Assembly (NCBI GenBank): GCA_965217585.1
Contig: OZ244561.1
Coordinates: 1 to 64,000, forward strand
From: Candidatus Latescibacterota bacterium
GTDB taxonomy: Bacteria; Latescibacterota; UBA2968; UBA8231
DNA length: 64,000 bases
Reading direction: 5' to 3'
Part shown: positions 9,276 through 20,200 of the stretch, in pieces
How positions within the stretch are numbered: the first letter of the stretch is position 1
How the letters are laid out: each line of letters starts with the position of its first letter
Program-made: the position numbers and the translations under genes
The notes under the pieces: model-generated
What the model saw: only the letters and a program-made list of their open reading frames with translations
Databases searched by the model: none
Told to the model about the DNA's origin: nothing

Positions 9276-10121
9276 TCACGATACATTCGCGGCCCAAATC
9301 GTCAGCACGAGCTCGGACTCGCCGATCAGGTGATACTCAGGCGACCTACCGGACAGCCGCTCGCTGTTGTCCATGATGATGCGCACACCTTCTCCGCGTT
9401 TGTCCATCATGGTTCGGTGATCCGTCGTCAGCCATGCCTCGTCGGGCGGAACCGTACATTTGGCGAGCAGGCTAGTGATGATTTCATTCCGCGCCGACTG
9501 CAGGTAGGCCAGCTCCTCAACCGCCATCGTATTGGGGAGTGAGCCCGGGGAATACAGCTCTAAACGGTCGCTAAACAGCCGCAACCGGATCTTTGAGCCG
9601 TGAATGGAATAGTCCCGGTGGGCGACCGCGTTGACCATCGCTTCAAAGACCGCCGTCATGTCAAACTGCGGTCGGTCCAGACGCCCCATATCCTTAAAGG
9701 CCGCTACCTTCATGTTCTTTGCCACGAAGCGACAGGCCTCCACGACCTGAACATCAAGTGGGCCAGCAATATCTGCGGCGTCGAGTTGATAGGGAGCGGT
9801 GGATCGGTCGGTGCGAATATCGACTCCCCGATAGAAAACCGCCTGTACATAAGCATTAGGTAGCCATGGCCGGGAGTCTTTGGCCGCCATCAATACGCCA
9901 GCAACCGTTGGCCTCAGCGTCCCGTCGTCATCCGTGCGTGCCATGTGGAGCTTGGACAGGAAGTTCTCTCGCTCGTCTAGGGATCGAGGAGTCAGGAATC
10001 GCTCCCAAAGGGCTGGCTGCAAGTCGCGCAATCCGGCGAGGGGAACGATTTGCTCGTCGAAGCGGATGATGCGGGCCTGACTGCGCTGCTGGAACAATCG
10101 AGCAAGGTATTCGGATGACAT
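9276..10121 (-). pseudogene. N-terminally truncated AlbA_2/HATPase_c_4 ('RecG-like') protein
   Basis: EAMVNAVAHRDYS, ELYSPGSLP, ARNEIITSLL, MDKRGEGV; begins at the linker YLARLFQQRSQ and lacks the AlbA domain seen in 57628..58857. Confidence 0.7.
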
Positions 10122-10132
10122 GACGCGCCTCT

Positions 10133-11605
10133 CTACAGCTCCTTGCGGTAGCGCTGCGAAGGGATCTTTAGCTGGTCGCGGTATTTGGCCACGGTCCGCC
10201 GCGCAATTTTTAAGCCGCCCTTGCTCAGCTCCTCGACAATCTGTTGGTCCGAAAGCGGCCGGACCTTGTCCTCGTCGGCGACGAGTTGCGAAATTTTCTC
10301 CTTCACCGAGCGCACGGACACGTCTTCGCCCTCGTCCGTGCTGAGCTTGTTGTCGAAGAAGTACTTCAGCTCAAAAACCCCGTGCGGCGTCTGCATGTAC
10401 TTGCCGTTGCTGACGCGGCTAATCGTCGATACGTGCATCCCCACGGCATCAGCTACTTCCTGCAAGACCAAGGGCCGCAACCGCGCCGGCCCTTCCTCGA
10501 AAAAGGGCAACTGCGCCTGCAAAAGGTAGCCGGCTACCTTGAGCATCGTCGTGCGACGCTGGTTGATGGCGTTGATGAGCCAGCGGGCGTCGTTGAGATT
10601 CTTGGACACGTAGTCCTTGACGGCGTCCTTGCTGTTGCCGCGGGCGTTGCTGAGCTGCTGCTGGTACGCAGAATTGATCTTTAAGGACGGCATGGAGCCA
10701 TCGGCCAGCGACGCGACCCACTCCCCGCCAACCTGCTCGACGACCAAGTCCGGCGTGATGTACGCGACCTCGGTATCCAGCGTCAAGAGCTTGTTGTAGT
10801 CTCTGCTCGCCGACAGGCCCGGATGCGGCTGTAAGCGCTCGATCACCTGCAAGACTTCTTTGAGCTTATCGTTGGAGATATCCAAGGCGCGAGTGATGCG
10901 CTGCAGACGCCGCCGCGTCAGGTCCTCTAGGTGGTCGCGCACCACCTGCAAGGCCAGCGCGCTGAGCGGATCGTCGCGCTGGCTCAACTGGATCATCAGG
11001 CACTCGCGCAGGTCGCGCGCGCCGATCCCTGGCGGGTCAAGAGTCTGAATGACGCGCAGTACCTTTTCCACGGCCGCGACTTCGATCGCTAGGTCGGCGG
11101 CGATCTCGGCGAGCGAGCAGCCAACGTAACCGCGCTCGTCGATATTGCCGATGATGTACTCGGCGATGGCGTGCTCTTCCAGCCCCAAATCGCCAATCTC
11201 GCCTAGCTGATTGTACAGGTGCTCTAAGAGGGGCGGCATGGCGGTGATGCGGTTTGCCTGTGGCTCGCGGTCGGTCTCCCAATTGGGATCGTATTCCGTG
11301 TGCTCGCTATTGTACGCACCCGTGTCGAACTGGTCGTCCAACAGCGCGTCCCAATCGACCGCTTCCATGTCGTCGGGCAGCTCCTCCTCTTCCTTGATCC
11401 CCTCCTCCTCCCGCTCGAGCAACTCTTCTTCCCCTTCTTCGCGCAACTCGACGGCCTCTTCAAGCAAGGGGTTGAGTTCGAGCTGCTGCTTGACCTCTAG
11501 CGCCAAATCCAAGGTGGACATCTGCAACAGCCGCAGCGATTGGATGAGCTGGGGTGCCATCTTTTGCTGGAGGCGCAAGCTGGTATTTTGCTCGGGACGA
11601 AGCAT
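10133..11605 (-). CDS. rpoN: RNA polymerase sigma-54 factor
   Basis: Q/L-rich region I, HVSTISRV and RpoN box ARRTVAKYR. Confidence 0.97.
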   Translation of the reverse strand: MLRPEQNTSLRLQQKMAPQLIQSLRLLQMSTLDLALEVKQQLELNPLLEEAVELREEGEEELLEREEEGIKEEEELPDDMEAVDWDALLDDQFDTGAYNSEHTEYDPNWETDREPQANRITAMPPLLEHLYNQLGEIGDLGLEEHAIAEYIIGNIDERGYVGCSLAEIAADLAIEVAAVEKVLRVIQTLDPPGIGARDLRECLMIQLSQRDDPLSALALQVVRDHLEDLTRRRLQRITRALDISNDKLKEVLQVIERLQPHPGLSASRDYNKLLTLDTEVAYITPDLVVEQVGGEWVASLADGSMPSLKINSAYQQQLSNARGNSKDAVKDYVSKNLNDARWLINAINQRRTTMLKVAGYLLQAQLPFFEEGPARLRPLVLQEVADAVGMHVSTISRVSNGKYMQTPHGVFELKYFFDNKLSTDEGEDVSVRSVKEKISQLVADEDKVRPLSDQQIVEELSKGGLKIARRTVAKYRDQLKIPSQRYRKEL

Positions 11606-11709
11606 TGATTAACTTATTGTAAATTAATTACTTAATAAAAAATTATCCGGCCTGATAGTAGCTGTAAAAACAAGCCCGTGCAGTGAGAAAAGTCAAGGTG
11701 CAAACGCGC

Positions 11710-12441
11710 CTACCTATCGACCCGCCAACTAAAGCGCTCGCCGAGATAGATCCGCCGCACCTGCTCATTGGTAATTAGCTCCTCTGCCGTGCCCGCCGTT
11801 AAGATTTTGCCATCCACTAGGATATAGGCGCGCGCGGCAATCTCCAAGGTCTCGCGCACGTTGTGATCGGTAATCAGCACACCCAAGCCCCGGCCTCTTA
11901 GTTCGGCGATGATGTTCTGGATGTCTTCGACTGTGCGCGGATCAATGCCGGCAAAAGGCTCGTCGAGGAGCATGTAGTGAGGCTCGCAAGCCAAGGCCCG
12001 CGCGATCTCAACTCGGCGCGTCTCGCCGCCCGAAAGCGTATCGGCGCACTGGTCGGCGCGCGCTAACAAGTCCAGCTCGGTCAATAGCTGCCGTTGGCGC
12101 GCGGCGATGCGCGCCTTGTTAGCCCCTTGTGCCTCCAAGACCGCGCGGATGTTGTCGGCCACGCTCAGCTTGCGAAAAATGGATGTCTCCTGCGGCAGGT
12201 AGCCAATGCCCATCTGCGCGCGGCGATACATCGGCAGCCCGGTGATGTCCGCACCGTCGAGTAAGATGCGGCCCCCGTCCGGCGCGGCAAAGCCGACGAT
12301 GCTGTGAAAGGTCGTGGTCTTGCCCGCGCCATTGGGACCCAACAGGCCGACGACCTCCCCTGGCTCGACGCGGATGCTGACCCCATCGACGACCGCCCGG
12401 CCTCCGTAGCGCTTGCTCAATGCATGCGTTTCCAATGCCAT
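11710..12441 (-). CDS. lptB: LPS export ABC transporter ATP-binding protein
   Basis: GPNGAGKTT, GYLPQETSIFRKL, LDEPFAGIDP, LITDHNVRETL; located upstream of rpoN. Confidence 0.95.
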   Translation of the reverse strand: MALETHALSKRYGGRAVVDGVSIRVEPGEVVGLLGPNGAGKTTTFHSIVGFAAPDGGRILLDGADITGLPMYRRAQMGIGYLPQETSIFRKLSVADNIRAVLEAQGANKARIAARQRQLLTELDLLARADQCADTLSGGETRRVEIARALACEPHYMLLDEPFAGIDPRTVEDIQNIIAELRGRGLGVLITDHNVRETLEIAARAYILVDGKILTAGTAEELITNEQVRRIYLGERFSWRVDR

Positions 12442-12442
12442 C

Positions 12443-14272
12443 TCACGGCTCTTCTGCGGGCGGATAGTAACGGCCTTCGATACCCGGCCCGACTCGCACC
12501 TCGGCCAGCGCCCCAGCGTCAAAGCGGATATCCAACTCTTCGCCGCTGACCTCGTTGACGGCGGTCTCTTTGTCTTCTTGGAGCCGCGTGACCAACTCGG
12601 CCGCGCCCTTCACCAAGGCACGGCGCAATCCCGTCGCGTCAAAGTACAAGGTCATCTGCTGCCCGCGGAAGCGATTTATTTCTTCGTTCTCGGCCCGGCG
12701 GTGTGTCACATCAGCTTCGGCATTCACTTCGACTCGCTCCAAGTCCCCGTCGGCCATAAAGACTTGCCCACCTAGGCCCTCGATCCAGCTATGGCGGTCG
12801 CCCACCTCAATTTGGCCGCTCACTTGGCCGGGTATGGCGATCCACTCGACTCGGTTGTCCGCCAATGCGACGACCATGGAATCGGCCATCAATCGGCTAC
12901 GGTAGTCGCGCTCGCCGTCTTGCTCTTCCAACACCACGCCCTCGGCCACCAGCACCCGCATTGAATCCGCTTCGTATGCACCGCGCTCGGCCGCGACCTC
13001 CAGCCCTTCGGTGTGGAGTGCAAAACCGCCGACCCCGGCCAACCGACCCCGCACGAGATCGAAGTGCAGCACAGGGGCGGCGAGCACGATATCGTGCCGA
13101 CGCAGCGAGGGCGCGCCTCGCATCCACCCGGCCTCCTGCTCCAAGTCGAGAAAGAGCGAATCGCCGGCGAGTGAGCCATCCAACTCGGGCGCTGTTAGGA
13201 CAATCGCGCCCTCGGCATGGACTTGGCCGTCGCGCAGATAGCGGAGGGTTTGGGCCGTTAGCTCGCGCTCTCCTGCGCGCAAAACCACCCCGTCCTGCCC
13301 CACCAGTTCGCGCTTGGAGCGCGAATACGCCAACTGGCGCGCCTCAATCTGCCGCTCTCCCTGCACAAAGGTCGCTGGCTCCCCGCGGGCCTGCAACAGC
13401 GCGGCGCTGCGGTCGTCCTCTACCTCTTCTGCCCGCAGCTCGGCCTCCTCCTCTCGGTAGCGGACCGCGCCCCGCGCCACCAGCCGCTGCTTTTCTGCAT
13501 CCACCGATACCTCGCTGGCCGCAAACTGTGCCAGCGAGTCGGCCCCTTCGACTCCCCCGCTGATATCGAAGCGGCGGGCCTGCGGGACGAACGTGGCACG
13601 CGGCCCGGTCAATTGCACGCCGTCGTAGCGCACCTCGACGCTGTCGTAGGCGATCTTTTGCACACCCTCGACGCGACGACTTTCCTCGCGCTGGGCGCGC
13701 ACTTCCACGATCGCTCCGTCCCGGCCGCGCCAGAGACCCTCGACGGCTTCCAAGGACCACGCATCGACGGCGAAATTGCTCGTGAGATTGCGACCCCACT
13801 CCCGTCCCTCGCCGACCTCCACCCGCAGCACACCCGGAATGCGCAATTGCTCGTGCGCGCTTTCCCACAGCAAGGTGTCGGCCTGCACCTCTAAACTGTC
13901 CCCAGCGCGCAAAACCACGCCGCCGGCCAAGCCAAAGCGATCTCGCTTGTGTTCTAGAACCAAGCGCTCGGCCCGTAGTGTCGAAACGGCCTCATCACCG
14001 CGAAACGAGACCTCTACGCCGCCGGTGGCGACGACCTGCTCTGACTTGGAAAATTCGCGCAAATAAGCGGCGCGTATGTGGATGCGGTGGCCGGGGCGTC
14101 CCATCTCGATGTGCGCGTCCCATGCTTCCCCATCGACCTCGGGGATCTGCAGCGGCTCTTCGGGCACTTCTCCCGCGCCGCAGGCCCAGAGCATGGCCCC
14201 GCAACAACCGGCGCGAAAAAGCCGCGCTCCCCTCGGGAAAGCGCGGTCCTCTGAGACGATTGTAGCGCCCAC
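12443..14272 (-). CDS. Multi-domain LptC/LptA(OstA)-like LPS export protein, probable lipoprotein
   Basis: Repeated beta-jellyroll patterns (ATGGV, ARGAV, AEGAI, AEGVV), lipobox-like LWAC, directly upstream of lptB; start uncertain. Confidence 0.7.
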   Translation of the reverse strand: MGATIVSEDRAFPRGARLFRAGCCGAMLWACGAGEVPEEPLQIPEVDGEAWDAHIEMGRPGHRIHIRAAYLREFSKSEQVVATGGVEVSFRGDEAVSTLRAERLVLEHKRDRFGLAGGVVLRAGDSLEVQADTLLWESAHEQLRIPGVLRVEVGEGREWGRNLTSNFAVDAWSLEAVEGLWRGRDGAIVEVRAQREESRRVEGVQKIAYDSVEVRYDGVQLTGPRATFVPQARRFDISGGVEGADSLAQFAASEVSVDAEKQRLVARGAVRYREEEAELRAEEVEDDRSAALLQARGEPATFVQGERQIEARQLAYSRSKRELVGQDGVVLRAGERELTAQTLRYLRDGQVHAEGAIVLTAPELDGSLAGDSLFLDLEQEAGWMRGAPSLRRHDIVLAAPVLHFDLVRGRLAGVGGFALHTEGLEVAAERGAYEADSMRVLVAEGVVLEEQDGERDYRSRLMADSMVVALADNRVEWIAIPGQVSGQIEVGDRHSWIEGLGGQVFMADGDLERVEVNAEADVTHRRAENEEINRFRGQQMTLYFDATGLRRALVKGAAELVTRLQEDKETAVNEVSGEELDIRFDAGALAEVRVGPGIEGRYYPPAEEP

Positions 14273-14276
14273 CGAA

Positions 14277-16064
14277 CTAGGAGGCCGCCGCCTGCCTCTC
14301 CTCATGGCTTGCAACCTCCTGCTGGTAGGCCAGCGCGGCCTCGACAAACCCGGCAAACAAGGGCGAGGGATTGTCCATCCGCGACTTGAACTCGGGATGA
14401 GCTTGGGTGGCGATGAAGAAGCGGTGATCCGGTAACTCGATAAACTCCATCAAGCGGGTGCCGTCAACGCGGCGGTGATACCCTGAAAAGACCAGCCCCT
14501 CCTCTTCGAGCAGTTCGACGAAGCGGGGCGAGACCTCGTAGCGATGGCGGTGGCGTTCTAGGGCGACTTTGTCGCGCTCCAGCATGACCAAACCAACGCG
14601 GAATGCCTGGTCGGGATTGGCCAGCAGTTGCTCAATGCGAAGAGCGTCTTCGTCGAGGCGGCCCGACGCCTCGTAGATCTGGAGGACGCGGCTGTCGTTT
14701 TTAAACACCGCGGCGTACGCACCCAAGCGCATGCTGCCACCGTAGCGCTTTTGCTCTAGCGCGCTCTTCTGCGTGTCTTGGACGCAGATGACCTTCCACT
14801 CGGAATCCGCGTCGAACTCTTCGGAGGTGGCCTCGGCGACCCCGGCAACATTGCGGGCGTATTCGATCACGGCGAGCTGCAAGCCGTAGCACAGGCCCAA
14901 ATAGGGGATGTCGTGCTCGCGGGCGTAGCGAATGGCCATAATCACGCCTTCGGCCCCCCCCGCGCCAAAGGCCCCGGGGACGATAATGCCGTCGAACACG
15001 CCCAGCTCTGCCAACTCCATTTCGCCGCGCTCGAACTGATGGCCGTCAATCCAAGTGATCTCGACCCGCGCATCCGACGCCACGCCGGCGTGTATCAGCG
15101 ACTGGTTGACCGAGATATACGAATCCGTGAGTTGAAAGTCGCCCGTGGCCACGTATTTGCCGACCATGGCCACGCGGACGCACCGGCTCGGATGCCGGCT
15201 GCGCTTAACTAACTCCCGCCAAGGCCGCCAGTCCGGGGTCTTCTTGGGTGCGCAGCCGAGCCGGCTGAGGATCTTCTCGCCGAGCCCCTCTTCTTCCAAA
15301 ACCAGCGGGATGTTGTAGATCGTCTCCGAATCCGGGGCCGAAATGATGTGGTCGTTGGGCACGTTGGCACCGATCTGGATCTTTTTCTTGCGCACCTCGT
15401 CGGTGGCCGTCTCGGCGCGACAGACGATGAAGTCGGGAAAAATGCCGTGCTCGCTGAGCATGCGAATAGCCTGCTGCGTAGGCTTGGTCTTCATCTCGCC
15501 GACGTGCGGCGGTATGGGGAGATAGGTAATCAGCGCGTGCGCAAAGTGCTCCTTGCCCAAGTCGCGCTCCAAGGTCTTCACCGCGAAGAGGAATGGCTCG
15601 TTTTCGTAGTCGCCGACGATGCCGCCGATCTCGACCAGCACGATGTCGTAGCCCGCGCCTGCCTCCTGCAAGCGGCGGGTGATCTCATCCGTAATGTGGG
15701 GGATCGGCTGCACGGTCTCGCCGAGGTACTCGCCGCGGCGCTCGCGCTCGATGACTGTGTGGTAAATCTGCCCGGTGGTCAGGTTGTTGGAGCGCGGCAG
15801 ATCCAACCCCAAGAAGCGCTCGTAATTGCCCAAATCCTGATCTATTTCGCCGCCGTCGTCCGTCACCCACACCTCGCCGTGCTCAGTGGGCCGCATGGTA
15901 CCGGCGTCGTAATTGATATATGGGTCAATCTTGACGGCTGTGGTGCTGTAGCCGTATTGCTGCAGGATCTTGCCCATGGAAGCTGTGGTCAAGCCCTTGC
16001 CCACGCCGCTTATCACGCCGCCGGTCACAACGACGTATTTGGGGCCTTTGTATTCTCTGGCCAC
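14277..16064 (-). CDS. pyrG: CTP synthase
   Basis: TGGVISGVGKG, KIDPYIN, GLCYGLQ, RHRHRYEV, QAHPEF; GTG 16064 with GGAGG RBS. Confidence 0.97.
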   Translation of the reverse strand: MAREYKGPKYVVVTGGVISGVGKGLTTASMGKILQQYGYSTTAVKIDPYINYDAGTMRPTEHGEVWVTDDGGEIDQDLGNYERFLGLDLPRSNNLTTGQIYHTVIERERRGEYLGETVQPIPHITDEITRRLQEAGAGYDIVLVEIGGIVGDYENEPFLFAVKTLERDLGKEHFAHALITYLPIPPHVGEMKTKPTQQAIRMLSEHGIFPDFIVCRAETATDEVRKKKIQIGANVPNDHIISAPDSETIYNIPLVLEEEGLGEKILSRLGCAPKKTPDWRPWRELVKRSRHPSRCVRVAMVGKYVATGDFQLTDSYISVNQSLIHAGVASDARVEITWIDGHQFERGEMELAELGVFDGIIVPGAFGAGGAEGVIMAIRYAREHDIPYLGLCYGLQLAVIEYARNVAGVAEATSEEFDADSEWKVICVQDTQKSALEQKRYGGSMRLGAYAAVFKNDSRVLQIYEASGRLDEDALRIEQLLANPDQAFRVGLVMLERDKVALERHRHRYEVSPRFVELLEEEGLVFSGYHRRVDGTRLMEFIELPDHRFFIATQAHPEFKSRMDNPSPLFAGFVEAALAYQQEVASHEERQAAAS

Positions 16065-16130
16065 GTTGCGCGCTCCTCCGTGCTGCCCAAACAAAAAAGC
16101 GGCGACAGTGCCCTGCCTCCGCTTCTCTAC

Positions 16131-16418
16131 TCACTCGATAATTCTCGGAACCTTGAAGTAACCCTCTTGGCGCTGCGGAGCCGCCGCCGCGATCTCGGCC
16201 ACCGCGGGAAAGGGCGTTGCCTCGTCGCAGCGAAACGCATTGGCGAGGGGCAGCACGTGGGACGTTGGCTCTACTCGGGTGGTATCTAGCTCGTTGAGCT
16301 TGTCCATGTACCGCAAGATGCGGTTGAGTTCCCCGGCCAGCCTTTCCTCCTCTGCGGGCGAAAAGCGCAACCGAGCCAACTCGGCGACCCCGTGGACCTC
16401 TTCTGTAGTAACCGCCAT
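16131..16418 (-). CDS. gatC: Asp/Glu-tRNA amidotransferase subunit C
   Basis: VAELARL, LNELDT..VEPTSH, YFKVPRIIE. Confidence 0.93.
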   Translation of the reverse strand: MAVTTEEVHGVAELARLRFSPAEEERLAGELNRILRYMDKLNELDTTRVEPTSHVLPLANAFRCDEATPFPAVAEIAAAAPQRQEGYFKVPRIIE

Positions 16419-16598
16419 AGGTGAACTTTGAACTTAGCTCAAAAAAAGACGGGGCTGGCTGCGCCGACCCCTTCCACTTCGCAAAACAGTGTTAAATATC
16501 ACGCATCGCCAAAGGTAGCGCAAGGGCTTGTAACACGGTACCTCAATGCCTATACTTTGCCGCACGGCAAGCAAAAGACTCTTATCCCATAAAGTCCC

Positions 16599-17087
16599 AT
16601 GACGCGCAAGGCATTTACCATTGAAGAGGCCAACGCCAAGCTCCCTCAGCTAGAGGACGTTCTCCAGCGCATAGAGGTCAAGAAGGGAGCCGTCCGCTAC
16701 CACGACCAACAGTTGCAAATTCTCGACGCGCTCTGGGGCCAAGCGGTCGCCCGCAGCACCAACCCCGATCGCGATGCCTTCGACCAGCACCGCCAGCGCA
16801 TCAACGACCTAATCATCGACATCAAGCGCATCGTCGCCGAGGAAATTATCGCCGAGGGTATCCGCTTCCCGGTCGGCGGCCTCGAACGCGGCCTCCTCGA
16901 CTTCCCCACGACCTACCAAGGCCGCTGGGTGCTGTTGTGCTGGCAGCGCGGCGAACACCAAGTCGCCTATTGGCACGAACTGAACGCCGGATACGCAGGC
17001 CGCCAAGAGATCACCGCCGAGCACATCATCGCCATGGGCAAGGAAGACGACCCCGCCACGGTCGATGACTCGGCACTGGACTTCTGA
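16599..17087 (+). CDS. DUF2203 family protein
   Basis: FTIEEANAKLP, GLLDFP, LCWQRGE..VAYWHE..GYAGR. Confidence 0.85.
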   Translation: MTRKAFTIEEANAKLPQLEDVLQRIEVKKGAVRYHDQQLQILDALWGQAVARSTNPDRDAFDQHRQRINDLIIDIKRIVAEEIIAEGIRFPVGGLERGLLDFPTTYQGRWVLLCWQRGEHQVAYWHELNAGYAGRQEITAEHIIAMGKEDDPATVDDSALDF

Positions 17088-17101
17088 TAGCGGCAATTGC
17101 C

Positions 17102-17131
17102 TTGACAGCGTTTCTCGTTTTTGAGTACTTA
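17102..17131 (+). promoter_or_regulatory. Putative sigma-70 promoter for smc
   Basis: TTGACA-18 nt-TACTTA, followed by hairpin GATGGCC...GGCCATC. Confidence 0.45.
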
Positions 17132-17238
17132 AAGGATGGCCTTCCCCTAGGCCATCGCTCGCTCCCCTAGCATCGCCCGCCCCTCACCTTCTCCCCCAGC
17201 GGAGCGCCCCCTCCCCAGCGCCCGGCAGGAGCTAGACC

Positions 17239-20200
17239 GTGCGCCTCAATCAACTCGAAATTTTCGGTTTTAAGTCCTTCGCCCAAAAGATCGTCATTCC
17301 CTTCGAGCCGGGCATTACGGCCATCGTCGGCCCCAACGGCTGCGGTAAGTCCAACGTGGTGGAGGCCATCCGCTGGGTCTTGGGCGAACAGCGCGCCGGC
17401 ACGTTCCGCGGCCAACGCATGGAGGACGTGATATTTGCTGGCACCCGCCAGCGCAAGGCCCTCGGGATGGCCGAGGTCGCGCTGGAGATTGAAAACCGCG
17501 ATAACGCGCTGCCCGTCGAATTCGCCGAGGTCGTGCTAACCCGGCGTCTCTTCCGCTCCGGCGAAAGCGATTATCTCCTCAACAAGATCCCCTGCCGCCT
17601 CTTGGACATCACCAACCTGCTCATGGATACCGGCCTCGGCCAAGGCGCTTATGCGGTGATGGAGCAGGGTATGGTCGATGAAATCATCAGCGATAAGACC
17701 GAAAACCGCCGCCGCATCCTCGAAGAGGCCGCCGGCATCACCAAGTACAAAGTTCGGCGGCGTTCCACGAGGAACCGCCTAGAGGCCACCCAAGCCGATC
17801 TACAGCGGATTGAAGACATCATCGCCGAGGTCAAACGCCAAGTTGACAATCTCGGCCGCCAAGTTGGCCGAGCCCGCCGCTACCGCGAACTCAAAGAGGA
17901 GTTGGACCAACTCGACGTGCGCTTGGGGCGCCAGCGCTTCTTCGCCCTCAGTGCCCAAATCTCCCCGCGGCAAGACGAATTCGCAGCACTCAGCAAGGCG
18001 ACCGAAGAAGGCTATACCCGCTTCACCAGCCGCGAGGCCGAACTCGAAAAGGCGCGCCTCGCACTGACCGAGGCCGAGAAGGCCATGCAGGAGGCGGGCC
18101 TTGAACTCAATCGCCGCATCGAGGCCATCCACGAGCGAGAACAGCTCCTCGTGGCCGTGCGCGAGCGTCGCGAGGCGGCCGAACAAATCCGCGAACGCAC
18201 GGCCCGCGAGCGCGCGGATTACAGCGATCAGCTCGAAGCTGTGCAGCAGCAGCGCCGCGACAATGCCGCGCATCTCGACGAAGCACGCACGGCTTTTGTG
18301 CACATAGAGCGAGAATTGCAGGCTCACCAGCAGCGCGCCACTCAGGCCGAAGAGGAATATGCCAGCTACCGAGCCGAGTTGGACCAACGCCAGCACGGGC
18401 GCATGGAGCACCTGCGCCAAGGAGGCGAAATAAGCCGCGCGCTCGAGCGCCAACAGGCCGAGCGCGACGCCCTCGACGAACGCGCGGTTGCCATGCGCAG
18501 CGAAGAGACCACAACCGCGGCCGAGCGCGACCAAGCCCTGCAAGCGGCCAAAGCAGCCGAAGCCGCCCGCGCCGAAACTCATCAGCAGCTATCCACCTGC
18601 CAGCAACAGCGCACCGCCGCCCGCGCCGCCCGCGACCAAACCGAGAAGACCCTCCGCGACCTCGGCGAACAACGCGATGCGGCCCGGCGCGCGGCTGAGG
18701 CCAACCAAGCGCGGCTCCAAGTCCTCGAAAAAGTCCGCGCCGGCTACCAAGGCTATCAGAGCGGGGTCCGCACCTTGATGCTCGAATCGCCCCACGCCGC
18801 CCTCTTTCGCGGCGTACTCGGCGACCTAGTCGAAGTCGAAGCAGAACACGCCCGCGCGGTCGAGGTCGCCCTCGGCGAGTCGCTCCAAGCATTGATCGCC
18901 CACTCGGACAGCGGCTTGCTCAAAGGCATTGCCCATCTCCGGGCGCGTTCTGGGCGCGTCGGCATTCTCTCGCTAGAGGCTCCCCCTCGCACCCTCGGCC
19001 CGGTCTTGGACCCGGATCCCATGCCCGGGCTACGCGGCCCGCTACAGGACTACGTGCGGCCCGAAGCTTCCATCGCCCCCCTGATCGCCGGCCTCTTGCA
19101 CAACACCTTTCTAGTAGACGACCTGCAAACTGCGTTGGCCCTGACGCGCCGCTATCCGAGCGCCTACGTGCGCTGTGTCACGCCCGACGGCGACGCCGTC
19201 GATCTCTTTGGCCTCGCGTCGGGCGGCCAGAGCCAAGCCGAGGATTCGGGAGTCCTCGGCCGCGGGCGGGAAATCCGCACCCTGCGCTCGCTCGTCGCCC
19301 ACCAAAACGCTCGCTACGCAGCCCTCGTCCCCCGCCTCGACTCACTCGCAGAGCAACTCGACGCGCTCACGCAACGCCTAGAGAATCTAGCCGCCGAGAG
19401 CGAAACTTGGCGCGCCAAGGAGCGCGAGCAGATCCACCAGCACCAGCGCGCCCACACTGATGCCGAGCGGCTCGCCGCGCGCCTAAAGCAACTCCACAGC
19501 GAAAGCACCAGCTTGGCCAAGCGCTGCCAAGCCCTCGACCAAAACATCGCCGAACAAGCCGAGCACCTGCGCCACAACGAGGCCGAGAGCACCCGCCTCA
19601 GCGAGGAAAGCAGCGCCTTGGAAGAAGACCTCACACAGAGCGAAACCCGCCGGCACGAGCGGCGCGAAGCACTGGGCACCCTCCAGGTGGAGCACGCCCG
19701 CACCACCGAAATAGTTCAAGGACTAGAGCGAGACGCCAGCCGCCTAAAAAACATCGACGCCAACCTGCACAATAACATCGAGCGCCTAGCGGCTGAAGGG
19801 ACCGAGGCCGAGCGCCAACAGGCCGAGTGCAGTGTGCGCAGCACCGCCTTGACAGACGAGCTCAAGGGGCTACACCAAGGCCGCGAGACCTTGGCCACAG
19901 AGCAAGACCAGCGCCGTCAGCACTGGGCCGCAGCCAATACCCAAAACCGCGAGTTACAGGAAAACATTAGTCACTTGCAGCGGCAGCTCAACGACCAGCG
20001 CGAGCGCCGCACCAGCCTCGAAGTGCGCATCTCCGAACTGCAGCTACAGACCCAGCACATTCGCACGCGCTTGCAGGAGGAGTATCACTGCGATGTCGCA
20101 GCCATGGGGTCCCCCGATGAAGCCATCGACGAGGAAGCTACGCAACAGCGCATCGACCAACTGCGGCAGTCCCTACACCGTTTGGGCTCGGTACACCTAG

